Shown here in pieces: positions 20,479 through 31,600 of a stretch of DNA of 64,000 bases (positions are counted from its first letter, which is position 1; every line of letters begins with the position of its first letter). Location of the stretch: assembly GCA_001275005.1 (NCBI GenBank), contig JWZX01003143.1, forward strand, positions 1-64,000, given 5' to 3'. The position numbers were made by a program, and so were the translations under genes. The notes beneath the pieces are model-generated. The model was not told the DNA's origin. It worked only from the letters and a program-made list of their open reading frames with translations, and made no database searches. Origin of the DNA: Chrysochromulina tobinii. Lineage: Eukaryota.

Positions 20479-21939
20479 ATGGTGCGCATCTGGCCCTGCA
20501 TGGCTCTTCTTCTGTGGGGCCCGAAGAGCGTCCGAACGGCCAGCGACGATGAGCCCATGGAGATTGCCGGCCACTCGAGATTGGCAGCGCCAGTTAGGAA
20601 GGCGGCAGTGATGAGGACGGCGGCAACTACGGCCACCGGCGTCGGCGGCGATGACGATGGCGCCCGTAACGCCGTTACGGCCGCCGTAACTTACGGCGGC
20701 GGCGACTCCAAGTACTACGGTACCGTGAGCACGGACCTCCTGTACAGGTCGCGTGAAGGACACGAAGGAGGATACAGCCCATCGGAGATTGAGAAGATCC
20801 GGCTCCAGGCTGGCCTGAAGCATGATGGTGGCCAGCTTCCCGGTACTCCCACGGGGCTCACTTTGTTTGACTGGAGCATCACCGAACCTGTATTGACGCA
20901 CCGTCGGCCAGCCACCACCTTTACGGATTGGCGAACCGTGCCTGTACGCATCATCACGCTTAAAGGCGGCTCGCCAGCTGTTGCCCTCTTCCAGGATGTT
21001 GGCTTCGTCGACGTGGTGGAACGCAGCGACCTGACCGTGGATCTTTCGCATGCCTCGCCGACGCAGTGCGAGCTCGACGGGCTCATCACGCCCCTTGCCC
21101 GGCTCAGCCTTGAGGAGGGCCCAAGGCGCGCCTACGAGCTCGTGTCTGTGGGGGCGATCGGCATCTACCTCTCGCATCTGAGTGTGTGCAGTGAGAACCA
21201 CACAACCCTCGTCTTGGAGGAGGACGCTCGGCCGAACAAGGTGACATTTGAGACGCAGTTTCCGCGGGCGCTCGAGCTCACGAAGACCGGTGCCGCTGAC
21301 GTCATCATCTTCGGCCCGGTCGAGCTCTTTAGCGGCATGTCGCCGTGGCTGGCCGTGCCGGGGGCAGCGGCTCCTGACTTCGAAGAGTTAGGCAGCAGGG
21401 GCTTCTTTGGCATGCAGGGCGTCCTGTACACGCCGGAGGGGTGCCAACAGATGAGGAGGCGCTTAGGGCCGCCCATCGAGATGCAAATCGACGGCGCCAT
21501 CTCCTTCTACACACACAACCATGCACTCTTCAACCGCTCGGCGAACTCGTCGCTGAACGTGTGGGTGGAGGTGGGCGCCGAGAGCGTCGTGCAGGAGCAC
21601 TCGATCTGGGAGGTCTTCCAGCCGCACATCAACGGCCTAGAGAGCTGCCTCGTCTACAGCAACTGGACAGGCTGCTGGGTCTGGTCTCACTATCTCGTGG
21701 CGGATCTAGTCTTCATCACGATGGCTTACCTCATCTATTGGCAAGGGTGGTTGTGGGGGCGCCGGAGTGTTCGTGACACAGGCGACGGCAAGGAGGCGAG
21801 CCCTTGCTGCTACATCTTCCTGTGCAAGTGTCCGCCAGTGCCGTGCGCCGGCAGCCGGGCTGAGAACGGGCTGTCTGAAGCGACCGGATTGATTGGAGAA
21901 CGGAATACTGAACAGAGGAACGTCTCCAAGGGACACTGA
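20479..21939 (+). CDS. Glycosyltransferase family 25-like protein with N-terminal signal and C-terminal TM
   Basis: GAIGIYLSHL...LVLEEDA and GMQGVLYTPEG...PIEMQIDG motifs; hydrophobic ends. Confidence 0.55.
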   Translation: MVRIWPCMALLLWGPKSVRTASDDEPMEIAGHSRLAAPVRKAAVMRTAATTATGVGGDDDGARNAVTAAVTYGGGDSKYYGTVSTDLLYRSREGHEGGYSPSEIEKIRLQAGLKHDGGQLPGTPTGLTLFDWSITEPVLTHRRPATTFTDWRTVPVRIITLKGGSPAVALFQDVGFVDVVERSDLTVDLSHASPTQCELDGLITPLARLSLEEGPRRAYELVSVGAIGIYLSHLSVCSENHTTLVLEEDARPNKVTFETQFPRALELTKTGAADVIIFGPVELFSGMSPWLAVPGAAAPDFEELGSRGFFGMQGVLYTPEGCQQMRRRLGPPIEMQIDGAISFYTHNHALFNRSANSSLNVWVEVGAESVVQEHSIWEVFQPHINGLESCLVYSNWTGCWVWSHYLVADLVFITMAYLIYWQGWLWGRRSVRDTGDGKEASPCCYIFLCKCPPVPCAGSRAENGLSEATGLIGERNTEQRNVSKGH

Positions 21940-22261
21940 ATCCGGTGAGTCTCTGATATGCCTTTCGGTTACGCGCCCTAGGGTCCCTAGCTTCGGAACG
22001 TACAATCTCAGGTGTGACGGTGCCTAGCCATCTGCAACTGCATATCGTGGAGTATTGTGTAAGTATTGTGCGATTCGGATGTACAGTACTGTACCCTCTC
22101 GGTACCTCGCCTCTTCGCTCTTGTACACCTCGCCTCGCCTCATGATCAGCCTCTCGAGCTGCAAGCAAGTCTCGGCGACGGCGACGAGCGTCAAGCGAGG
22201 TGCGTGTGCACAGTATGCGAGCGTGGAGCGACTGTGCGCGCGTGGCGTCGCGTGACTTCGC

Positions 22262-22309
22262 ATGTGAATCAACGCCACATCACTGGTATCAATGTGAATC
22301 AACGCCACA
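22262..22309. repeat. Direct repeat atgtgaatcaacgccaca x2
   Basis: Copies at about 22262 and 22292. Confidence 0.6.
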
Positions 22310-22457
22310 CTGGCCTGTGTGCACTATACTTTGCTCACTCTTGCACCTAGTACAGAAGGTGGCGGTAGGCGCGTCGCCCGTCTCGTCTCTCGACGACCAA
22401 AACGAGGTACGCGTGCAGCTACAGAGGCGCGTCGCCGTCAGCCGCCCGCGCCTCCGG

Positions 22458-24521
22458 TCAGTCAATCGCCAAGAAATTACCCAAGAACCCACCCGTGTTA
22501 GCCTTGCGAAGTTGCGTCGCCAGATCGGCGAAGGTCTCGGCCTCGTTGCTGAGCTTCTCGGCAGCCTGGGCGGCTGCGCTGAGCTTCTCGCCACGTGCCT
22601 CGACCACCGGCCCTAGAGCCTCCCGCGCTCCTCCTCCGCCGCTGATCGCACCTTCACCCTTTGACGAGGCAGCCGCCGGGTTACGCCGTAGCATGGGTGC
22701 CACCGAAGGATACTTCCATTTGGGATCCTCGCGTACCACCCAGCCCGTCGTGGGTGGCAAGGGCGAGTCGCCGCGCGCCATGTACCGATGATGACCATCA
22801 TACCCCACGCCCCAGCAACCCACGCCCTCAGGGTATCCCTTCTTGCGCGTCCAGTCGGTGTCGCCCCAGGCAATAATTGCGCCGTGCTCGTTGCAGAAGA
22901 AGGGCTTGCCTGAAGCGAGGGCCACCTGCTCGGCGGAGAGGGCGTCCTCGGGCACGTACCGGTACGAGCCATTACAAACGTCCAAGCCCGCGCCCATCAT
23001 CTCGAGATGCCCAGCGGCGGCTGCCAGCCCTTTCGCCATACGCGCGAGGTTGAGCGTGGGTGCCACCGAAGGATACTTCCATTTGGGGTCCTCGCGTACC
23101 ACCCAGCCCGTCGCGGGTGGCAAGGGCGAGTCGCCGCGCGCCATGTACCGATGATGACCATCATACCCCACGCCCCAGCAACCCACGCCCTCAGGGTATC
23201 CCTTCTTGCGCGTCCAGTCGGTGTCGCCCCACCCAATAGTTGCACCGTACGCGTTCTGGAAGCAGGGGTTGCCGTTTGCCCACTCCGGCGTCTCCGTCAC
23301 CAACCTGTAGAAGCCATTGCACACGCCCAAACCAGCACCTGTCACGACGAGTCCCACTTCGGTACTGCCGGGCACTTCGGTGCCGCGCCACACGCTCAGG
23401 AACTCGTACTCGCCCACTTCGAGTGTCACCTCCTTACCCAGCTGCGCGATCCGCGCTTTCTGCTCATCGACGAGGTATTTGCCTGGGTCGCGGTCGGGGA
23501 ACCGTATCGGTGGTTTCGAGTCGGCCGCACGGATCACCGCCATGCGTGCCGAGGCCCACACACAATTTGGCGGAGGCTCGACGCTCCACGCATAGCGCAC
23601 ATCGGGCGCCAGGACCAGAAACTCATAGTCGTCGACCGTCTGCTCGCGCCCGTTGAGGGCGACACTTGCGACGCCCTCGCCCACGACGAACTTGCCCGCT
23701 TCGCCATTGGCCGCGCGCACCACGAACATGCGATCGGACGCCTTGACAGCGCCCTCTGGCACGAGCATACCATCCTCAACTTTGGTGGGACGCTCCCAAA
23801 AGTACATGGGCGACGGGCGAACTGGTGGCACGAGCACCCACTGCTCCTCGTGCGCGACGCCGGTTTGCTGCTCCTCGATGATGAGGAATTCGATTTCGGC
23901 CTCTTTGAGCGTCACCACCTTGCCCGCGTGCGTTACACAACAACTCGACTCGTCGGCGATGTACTTGCCTGGGTCGCGCTCGGGGAAGCGATTTGCATCG
24001 GCCGGCCGCACCACCGCCATCCTCGAGCTCGCCCACGCCAAGGGCGCAAGGCATGGCCCGGGCAGTGCGAAGACCACTCGCCAGCTCGCACTCGAGCCCG
24101 GCCGAAGAGTGAGGAACTCGTACTCGTTCACGTTGATCTCCTTACCATGCAGGGCGACAGTCGCCTTTCCGCTCCTGCTGTTGAACTTGCCCACCTCGCC
24201 GGTCGGTGTCCGGATGACAAACATGCACTCCGATGCCCGGATGGCGCCGTCTGGCGGCTGCACGCGGCAGATCGATGAATGAGTGCCTGGCTGCCACGTG
24301 TACAAGTGGTTGCCTTCGTAGAGCCGGGCGAAGGGTGTCTCGCGAGGCATCGACGGCGTACCGAGGGCGTCGCGGATGTCTCGAGAGGCCTTATCGATCT
24401 CTCTCTCTACAGCGCGCACGAGTGCCGCAGGAAGGAACTTCATGAGTGCTTGGATTTTCCTGTGAGCGCGACAATCACCCGCGGGGGGACCGCCCATGTC
24501 ATAGTACCCCAGGAAAACCAT
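22458..24521 (-). CDS. DM9-like repeat protein with a duplicated Trp/Gly-rich module and a C-terminal R-SNARE-like coiled coil
   Basis: Four repeats of type GAV..MFVVR...GEAGKF...VALNGRE..DDYEFL and PGKY...GKEV..EYEFL; two GAG..CNG.Y modules; tail VVEARGEKLSAAAQAAEKLSNEAETFADLATQL. Confidence 0.65.
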   Translation of the reverse strand: MVFLGYYDMGGPPAGDCRAHRKIQALMKFLPAALVRAVEREIDKASRDIRDALGTPSMPRETPFARLYEGNHLYTWQPGTHSSICRVQPPDGAIRASECMFVIRTPTGEVGKFNSRSGKATVALHGKEINVNEYEFLTLRPGSSASWRVVFALPGPCLAPLAWASSRMAVVRPADANRFPERDPGKYIADESSCCVTHAGKVVTLKEAEIEFLIIEEQQTGVAHEEQWVLVPPVRPSPMYFWERPTKVEDGMLVPEGAVKASDRMFVVRAANGEAGKFVVGEGVASVALNGREQTVDDYEFLVLAPDVRYAWSVEPPPNCVWASARMAVIRAADSKPPIRFPDRDPGKYLVDEQKARIAQLGKEVTLEVGEYEFLSVWRGTEVPGSTEVGLVVTGAGLGVCNGFYRLVTETPEWANGNPCFQNAYGATIGWGDTDWTRKKGYPEGVGCWGVGYDGHHRYMARGDSPLPPATGWVVREDPKWKYPSVAPTLNLARMAKGLAAAAGHLEMMGAGLDVCNGSYRYVPEDALSAEQVALASGKPFFCNEHGAIIAWGDTDWTRKKGYPEGVGCWGVGYDGHHRYMARGDSPLPPTTGWVVREDPKWKYPSVAPMLRRNPAAASSKGEGAISGGGGAREALGPVVEARGEKLSAAAQAAEKLSNEAETFADLATQLRKANTGGFLGNFLAID
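22694..23231. repeat. Near-identical 175-bp intragenic duplication (22694-22868 / 23057-23231)
   Basis: Offset 363 nt with only a few substitutions; encodes WGDTDWTRKKGYPEGVGCWGVGYDGHHRYMARGDSPLPP twice. Confidence 0.9.
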
Positions 24522-25022
24522 GAAATGATGACAGATGGACTCGAGACAGGCTGAATGTATGCTCTAGTGCCTACACTCCGGTATCCCCTCCCCCACCGCC
24601 CATGACCGCCCCGGGGGCCCCGCCCCCCGCGCTGAACCGTTGAGCGTCGTTTGTTTATTGTTACGGTTCCGCCGTTCACCGGGCCGACCGGCTGCGCGGC
24701 GTCGTGCGACACGTCACTTTCGGACTTTGATCTTTGTACTTCGCACTTTGCTAACACTTTGCCGGCTGCGCAGCGGGAACAGCAACAGCGAACAGGCAAC
24801 AGGCCGTCCGTCACGCGCGGCCGTCACGGTGCGCGTCCGGACATGTCGCATCATGTTGACCAGACGGCATGGTTGTGTGCTTTAAACGTATTTGGAAAAT
24901 GCTTGAACAACGATTGAATTGAATTGCAACCCCCGGGGCCCTACGCTACGGGAGTGGCGCGGTTCAAAAGCCGTCACACTTCGTTACTAAGACGAGCCCG
25001 CCGCTACGTGCTCGACGCGACT

Positions 25023-25550
25023 CTACTCGTCGTCATCGAGGAGGTCATCGAGCGGATTGTCGCCGCGCTTCTTCATGATGCGGTAGAACTCATCCGGGTT
25101 GATCTCGCCGTCGCCGTCGCGGTCGGCCTGGTCGATCATGTCCTGGAGCTCCTCCTCGGTCATGTTCTCGCCGAGCTCCTTGGCGACGCGCTTGAGGTTC
25201 TTGAACGAGATCTTGCCGGTGGAGTCGTCGTCGAAGAGCTTGAAGACCTTGAGGATCTCCTCCTTCGTGTCCTTCTCGCCCATCTTGCCGGTCATCATCT
25301 CGAGGAACTCGGGGAACTCAATGTGGCCCGAGCCGTCAGCGTCAATGTCCGTGATCATCTTGCGGAGCTCCTCCTTCTTGACCTCGAAGCCGAGGGCGCG
25401 CATCGCGGCCTTGAGCTCGCGGTAGTCGATCGAGCCGGAGTGGTCCGTATCGAACAGGTTGAACGCCTCGCGGATCTCCTCGATCTGCTCCTCCGAGAGC
25501 CCGGGCTTCTTGGCCTTTCCCTTGCTTGCTGGGGCGGCTCCGCGACGCAT
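25023..25550 (-). CDS. CETN: Centrin (caltractin), 4 EF-hands
   Basis: [44 protein letters not shown]...[41 protein letters not shown] at 25550. Confidence 0.95.
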   Translation of the reverse strand: MRRGAAPASKGKAKKPGLSEEQIEEIREAFNLFDTDHSGSIDYRELKAAMRALGFEVKKEELRKMITDIDADGSGHIEFPEFLEMMTGKMGEKDTKEEILKVFKLFDDDSTGKISFKNLKRVAKELGENMTEEELQDMIDQADRDGDGEINPDEFYRIMKKRGDNPLDDLLDDDE

Positions 25551-25904
25551 GATGTTAGCTGGTTCTGTGCGCAAGGAGGCGAGTAGCGAGCGTTCGGTCA
25601 GTTGGTTTTCTGCTGCTCGTTCGCTGGCGCGGCGGCTCGAGCAGCCGCGGCATGGGACTCTGGGGCCCTCGTTGTACCGTCTGTTGGAGACAAAACCCGT
25701 TCTGGTGAACCGAAGCGAATTCGCTTTGGCGCCGAAGTTCTGTACGCGTAACTGACACGCCGGGAAAAATCCCAATTGCACTGTCTTGTGATGCCTTGGC
25801 CGAAAAGTCGTTCTGCTTTTCGTACACATGAACAAAACAGCGCGCGTGCGGAGGGAGGATTTTGGACGGGAGTCTGGCTGTGTGGCGGGCGACGAACACC
25901 CGGG

Positions 25905-28049
25905 ATGGCAGACAAGGACGACGCACGGCGTTCCAGAAAGCTGGCGCATGCCAAGGTCGCAGTGGATATCAAATTGAACACTTCGAAAATCACTACTTCG
26001 AAACTCAATGCAGCCTCGGACTCCAATCGCAGCAACTCACGGCGTGGCAGTGCATCCAATCGCAACGGCAGCAGCAGCGGCACGGCCAGTCAGCGAGACG
26101 GGCCGGTCTTTCCGCAGGAATCCTATCGAATGTCGCGAAAGGAGCGGCTAGCGGACGCAAAGACACGGGCCAAGTTCATCAAGGCGGCGATGCCGCCGTC
26201 GTACCCGACGACGTGCTTGGAGGCACTGCGCACGCTCTCGCCGCCGACAGGGCGCACCTTCTCGCCGAGCCGCGACGGCTCATTGAGTCCGTCGCTGATC
26301 AAGCTCAAGCCTTGGGAGGGGCCATACCCGTGGGAGATGACAATACCTCCGCCGCCAAAGATCTCGCCACGTTCGATGGATGCGAAGATGCCCACGGCGG
26401 TGCTTGTGCGGGAGGCGGCGAAGCGGGCGGCATTGGAGAAGGCAGCGCGGGCTAAGGCGCGGGCCGAGGAGTTGGCGCGCAAGAGGATGGCGGAGCGGTT
26501 GCGCGCGATTGAGATTGAGGAGGCGGGGCGGGCCGCCACGGCCGAGGTGCGCAGCAGGGAGCCCACGAGCGTGGCCAAGCTGCAGGAGCTGCAAGAGGCG
26601 TGCACCGCCAGGCGCGAGGAGCTCTTGCAAGCGCTCAAGGAGATCGAGCACCGGAAGCGCGAGTCGCTCTTGCGCAGAATCGGCGAGGCAATGCTCGAGC
26701 GGGGCATCGCGACGCACGCGCTCATGGCCGAGTGGGCGGCGGGCACCACTGAGGAGGGGCGGCTCACCAAGCAGGAGTTCAGGCAGGTCCTGCGCATGAC
26801 GCTCTCGCTCAAGCCGTCGGACGATCAGATCGACGACTTTTTCAAAATGGCGGCTCACTGGCCCTTCAAAAACGACGACTCCTTCAAGAATAAGGGTCCG
26901 GACGCGATCTCACTGGCCGAGATCAAGCCGGCGCTGCGCCAGGTGCATGGGTACGCGAGGAGCGAGAAGGACAAGGAACTCCGATGGAGCTTTGAGGCGG
27001 AGGCGTGCGCGAGGCAGGCGCAGGCGTACCAGGACTGTCAGGCGAGCGCAGCCAAGTGGGGTCATCTCCAACGGCTGATGGATGAGCTCCGATCGCACCC
27101 CTCGCTCCGGGTGTCTATTGGGTACTTCATCGAGCAGCAGAAAGTCGCGCTCGCATTTTCGCCGTCTGAGTCGCCCACGCCAGCCGCCAGCCGACTTGCC
27201 TCGCCCGACGGGCGCAGTTCACCAGCCGGCGCCTTCTCTTCGCCCACGCCTTCGCCCACGCCAGGCGCCGAGGGCGGCGTGGGCACGGCGGCGGGCAGCG
27301 CTGAGGGCCAGGCTGAGGGCCGGCAGAGGGCAGCGGGTGGCCACGTGGCAACGGCTGGCCTGAGCCCTACCGGTACGTGGCCGAGCAAGGCGCCGAATCT
27401 GAAGCTGCTGCTGCAGGAGTGGGGCTCTGACGGCATGGGCTTCGTCAGTCGCGAGGCGTTTGTGCGCAAGCTGAGCGCGCTCAAGAATGAGGGCGAGCTC
27501 AAGATCTCGGGTGAGCCGAATGAAGTCAAGGAGGTCTTGATGGAGCTCTTCGACGACCTCTTGAAGGAGGGCTGCGAGGTCGAGGTTGAGCGAGGGCGAA
27601 GCGCGGCGAGTGAAGTTGGCCCACGCCTTGATCTCGAAAAGGCCTTCAGCCTGATGATGGTGGAGGTGGAGGCGCAACGGGGCAAGGAGAAGAAGCTGAT
27701 GGGTGCGCTCGAGAAGGCGCGTGAGAAGGCGCTCGCGCTGCAGGCTCAGTGCGCTGCGGATGCAGCGAAACGTGCCAAGGAGACGGAGATTGAGGCGCGT
27801 GAGCGGGCGTTGGCCTTGAAGAACCTCAGGGAACCTCAGGGAACCTCAGGGAACACATCGTCGGAGCTCGCGGCCCTGAACTCGTCCTTGAGGGCACTGA
27901 GCGGCCCATCGGCGCAGTCGGAGTTCGCGGCCCTGAACTCGTCCGTCATCTCTAGGGCTGGGTCACGACGGCCAACCTTGGACAACCTGGAGGCCACGCG
28001 GCCACGACGGCCAACCTTGGACAACCTGAAGGCCATGGTGATGGCTTAA
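25905..28049 (+). CDS. Hypothetical coiled-coil protein with degenerate EF-hand-like segments
   Basis: Long ORF from ATG 25905 (MADKDD), with [13 protein letters not shown] and [12 protein letters not shown] segments and C-terminal short tandem duplications. Confidence 0.6.
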   Translation: MADKDDARRSRKLAHAKVAVDIKLNTSKITTSKLNAASDSNRSNSRRGSASNRNGSSSGTASQRDGPVFPQESYRMSRKERLADAKTRAKFIKAAMPPSYPTTCLEALRTLSPPTGRTFSPSRDGSLSPSLIKLKPWEGPYPWEMTIPPPPKISPRSMDAKMPTAVLVREAAKRAALEKAARAKARAEELARKRMAERLRAIEIEEAGRAATAEVRSREPTSVAKLQELQEACTARREELLQALKEIEHRKRESLLRRIGEAMLERGIATHALMAEWAAGTTEEGRLTKQEFRQVLRMTLSLKPSDDQIDDFFKMAAHWPFKNDDSFKNKGPDAISLAEIKPALRQVHGYARSEKDKELRWSFEAEACARQAQAYQDCQASAAKWGHLQRLMDELRSHPSLRVSIGYFIEQQKVALAFSPSESPTPAASRLASPDGRSSPAGAFSSPTPSPTPGAEGGVGTAAGSAEGQAEGRQRAAGGHVATAGLSPTGTWPSKAPNLKLLLQEWGSDGMGFVSREAFVRKLSALKNEGELKISGEPNEVKEVLMELFDDLLKEGCEVEVERGRSAASEVGPRLDLEKAFSLMMVEVEAQRGKEKKLMGALEKAREKALALQAQCAADAAKRAKETEIEARERALALKNLREPQGTSGNTSSELAALNSSLRALSGPSAQSEFAALNSSVISRAGSRRPTLDNLEATRPRRPTLDNLKAMVMA

Positions 28050-28632
28050 TCAGGCGCACTGCCCGCACCGCACTGGCGAGACAGACGCGAAAGCCGCGTC
28101 GTGTTTCACGGTTACTTGCAAACTCTCTGCCCAAACGTTTGAAAGGAAGTAGGCCCGTCGAGAGGACTCTACACTCTTCGGATCGTCAGATAGGTGTACT
28201 GTTGTACGATGTAGAAACGACCACTTCGGTCTTCGCTTTTGGAGGTGACTGTTTATCTCCGCGGCGACCGGCGTGCCCCGTAGACGCACAACATGGAGCG
28301 ATCGGAGATGGCAGATGCGACCTCCGCGTGGAGCGGTACCCCACTACCGTACCCGACCGTAACGTAAGGGCTAGTAGGCGCGTCCCGGCCGGGTCGTGCG
28401 GACGGGAAACCGCCGGCTATCGTAGCACGTAGCCACGTACTCCGATCTACTCGTAAGTACCTTCGCTACGCACCGCGTACCGGTACCAGCAGTGGCCAGT
28501 CATCCCTTGGAAGTGTGAAGAACAGAGAAGCGCCTGTACTTTACAAACACGACGAAGTTGTTGGCGCAGCCGAGCGGTTGCGCCTCGTGCGGGCTGGCTC
28601 GCCGTGCCGCTCGAAGAATGGAGGGATCCTAT

Positions 28633-31600
28633 TCATGGAGCCGGTCGGACCGGCTCGATGGCGGCGATCGCGCCCACAGCGAAGAGCTTCTGCGGCGGCG
28701 CATAGGCCACATTCTTGTTGTTCTTGGAGGGACTGTGCTTCGAGTCGGGTACCGGCTGCACCGCCTTGAATGGCGAGCGCTCCGCCTGCCGGTGCGCATC
28801 CTTGGCAACCTCGACCCTAGACGTCTTGGGCGCCTTTGCCCGCTGCTTGCCGAAGACAGAGAAGCGCTTCGGCTTGAGCGGCTCGCCCCACTCGCCGTCG
28901 GCATCGTCAAAGGGGTCGGTGAGCTCCGGAGCACCGGCTGGCGGTGTGAACACCAAGAGCTTCACCTCCGGGAAGGCGGCCTTCAGTTTCGCCGCCGCGT
29001 CGCTGGCGGAGCCCACCGGCTCGCCGTTGACGGCCTTGATCAGCATCCCCTTCTTAAGAGCACCCGCGGCTAGGGCGATGCCGCCCTCGGCCAGCCCGAC
29101 CACCAGCCCGCCCTGCGGGTGGCCCCATTCACACACGAGCCCCAAACTGTCGTCCTGGTTCGCCTTCCACAGGACCACCTCTTCGAAGACAGGCGCGCTC
29201 ACGGCGGGTTCTGGTCGCGCTGCCGTGAGCGCGACTGCTTCGGGTTCTGGTCGCGCTGGCACGCCAAGAGCTGGGGGGGGAGCTGGGGGGGGAGCTGGGG
29301 GGGGAGCTGCGGCCCGTGCTGCATCACGGCTGACGGAGCGCACGGGTGTCATAGTGGGCGTCGTGATGGGCGTCGTGCGGCTGGCGGCCTCGAGCGCACG
29401 TCTCCACGCCTCGCGAGAGTGCGCCGACGGCGCGGCGAACACGGCGCTCGCTCTTAAGGACTTGATGACGAGGACGAGGGGCTTCTTCGCCTTCGGAGGG
29501 AGCACTTCGGTGTTCGTCAGCCTGAAGTGCACCATCGGCTTCTCGCCATTGTAGAGCTCATCGAGCGTGCCGAAACCCCGTAATTGATCGGCGACTAGCA
29601 CGCACCAGCGCCACTCAGCGAGCGGTGCGCGCAGTAGCCCTCGCCACCGGCTCGCTTGCAGCCGGTGCTGCAGCCAACCTTGGCAGCTCACCAGCCCCAG
29701 GTGCGCGGGGGGAGGCGTGAGGAGCAGCCGCGGCGGCGGCCTGTGCAGCGGCGACGCGAGCGCGGCGGCGCAGATGCCAAGCGTCGTACTGGGCGCGAGC
29801 GAGAGGGACGTGCCCTGCCCCGGCAGCCTCGGAGCGTCGTACTGGGCACCCGACTCGGCGGCAGGCTCGACAGCCGACGGGTAATCCGACGGCGACGGCG
29901 ACTTGCGTCCAAATGCGCCGAGCACCCAGCGCACCCGCGTGCGCCGCTTGGCCGGCGCCGGCGCCGCGCATGCGCTGCTGAGCTGTGTGGGCGCCATTGT
30001 CTCGGGAGGCGCGTGCGACCGATAGACTACGGCAGGCTTGTCGGCCGGGGTGCCAGTCGCGATGGCCACGTGTCGCGACTGTAGTGCCAGAGCGCTCACT
30101 GCTGCTGGCTCCGCTGTCGCGTCGGTGGCTTCAAGCCCAGGCGGCGTGTCGGGCGGCGTGATGTGCTGGATGAGGCGTGTGGTGCTGAGCGCCGTGCTGA
30201 GCGCCGAGCCTGGCAGCCCGAGCGGAGGTGTGAAGTCCAGCGGAGGTGCGAAGGTCGAGGTCGCCTCGAGCGCCGTGACGAGCACCAAGGGCCGCGGGAG
30301 CGTACCGATTCTAGTGAACAGCTCGTGATGGGCTATGTGGCGTACGTCGACGCCAGCGAGCTCGAGTACCAAGCAGCCGACGCGCACGCCTTGGCGCTCG
30401 CCGGCGCCGCCCGCATGCACCTCTGAGATGAAGACGCCGCCACCCGCCGCATTGCTCAGCCCAAGCCCGAGAGGCCCCGGACCAAACTCGAAGCGAGTGG
30501 GCGGCACACTCGTACCGGGTACGGCCACTCCCGCCGAGGCCATCGCTGCTACGGGCGCCGCTTCGGGCGCTGCGGCTGGCGTTATGGGGCCTTCGGCTGC
30601 GGGAACTGCTTCTCCTGATTGCATGCTGATTGCATGCTGATTGCCTCCTTCATCAGGGCCTTCGGCTGCGGGAACTGCTTCTCCTGAGGCATACGGGCCG
30701 GTGCCGCCATTGTCGCCATGGTCGAGCTCATTCTTCCAGATCGCCTCGGGATGCGCGGCCGTACGAAGCAGCTCGGGGCTCGGGGCCGACCCATGGTCCC
30801 CAGTCTCTGAGAGCGACACCGGCGGCTCGCTCGTGAGCCATGCCGCGGTCGAGGGTGCCGTCTCGGGCGCGGTCGAGAGCGCCGTCTCGAGCGCGGTTGG
30901 GAGCGCCGCCTCGGGCGCCGTCTCGGGCGCGGTTGGGAGCGCCGTCTCGGGCGTATCCGTGTGCCCGTTGGCTGGCGGCTCGATCACTTCGATGATCAGC
31001 GGCCGCTGCCGTTGCACGAGCTTCTGGACTTCGAGGGGCGCAAGGCCCTCCACCGCCACGCCGCTCACCGTGACGAGGAGCGAGCCGCTGGGCAGTCCAC
31101 ATCGCGCCGCCTCGGACCCCTCTGTGACCAAGCAGTGCACGTCCGTCGTCGCCGCTGTGAAGTGGAGCTTGATGCCCACCCTCGCCTCGACAAACTCGAA
31201 GGCACGAAGCTGCGGGCAGGTGGAGGGTGCGTTCGCGCCCGGCGCCGCGGTGGAGGGCGCGGCTGGCGCGGCTGGCGTGTCGAAGCGGAGGCGGCGCAAA
31301 AGCTGTGGAGGGGTGGCCGGTGTCGGAGTTGAGGGGGGGGCATCGGCCACCGAGGGGGGCAGCTGTGGAGGGGTGGCCAGTGTCGGAGACGCCTCAGGCA
31401 GCCTCGCTGGGGCAACGGCCGGTGCTGAGCTCTCTGAAGGAACGTACAGAATGGACGCAGGCAACATGGCCGGAGCAGACGCCATGACGGGCAGCTGGGA
31501 CTCGGAGCGCGTCGTGGCGGGCGGCGTATCCCCTCGCCTCCTGCGCTCCTCCTTGAGCTCCCAAAACGGTTTCGACTTTTGCTCGAGCCGTTTGCCAAAC

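Noticed and set aside
25551..25949. N-terminal extension of centrin in the ORF track
   Set aside because: Non-ATG start in promoter-like DNA that overlaps the divergent gene; centrin homology begins at ATG 25550.
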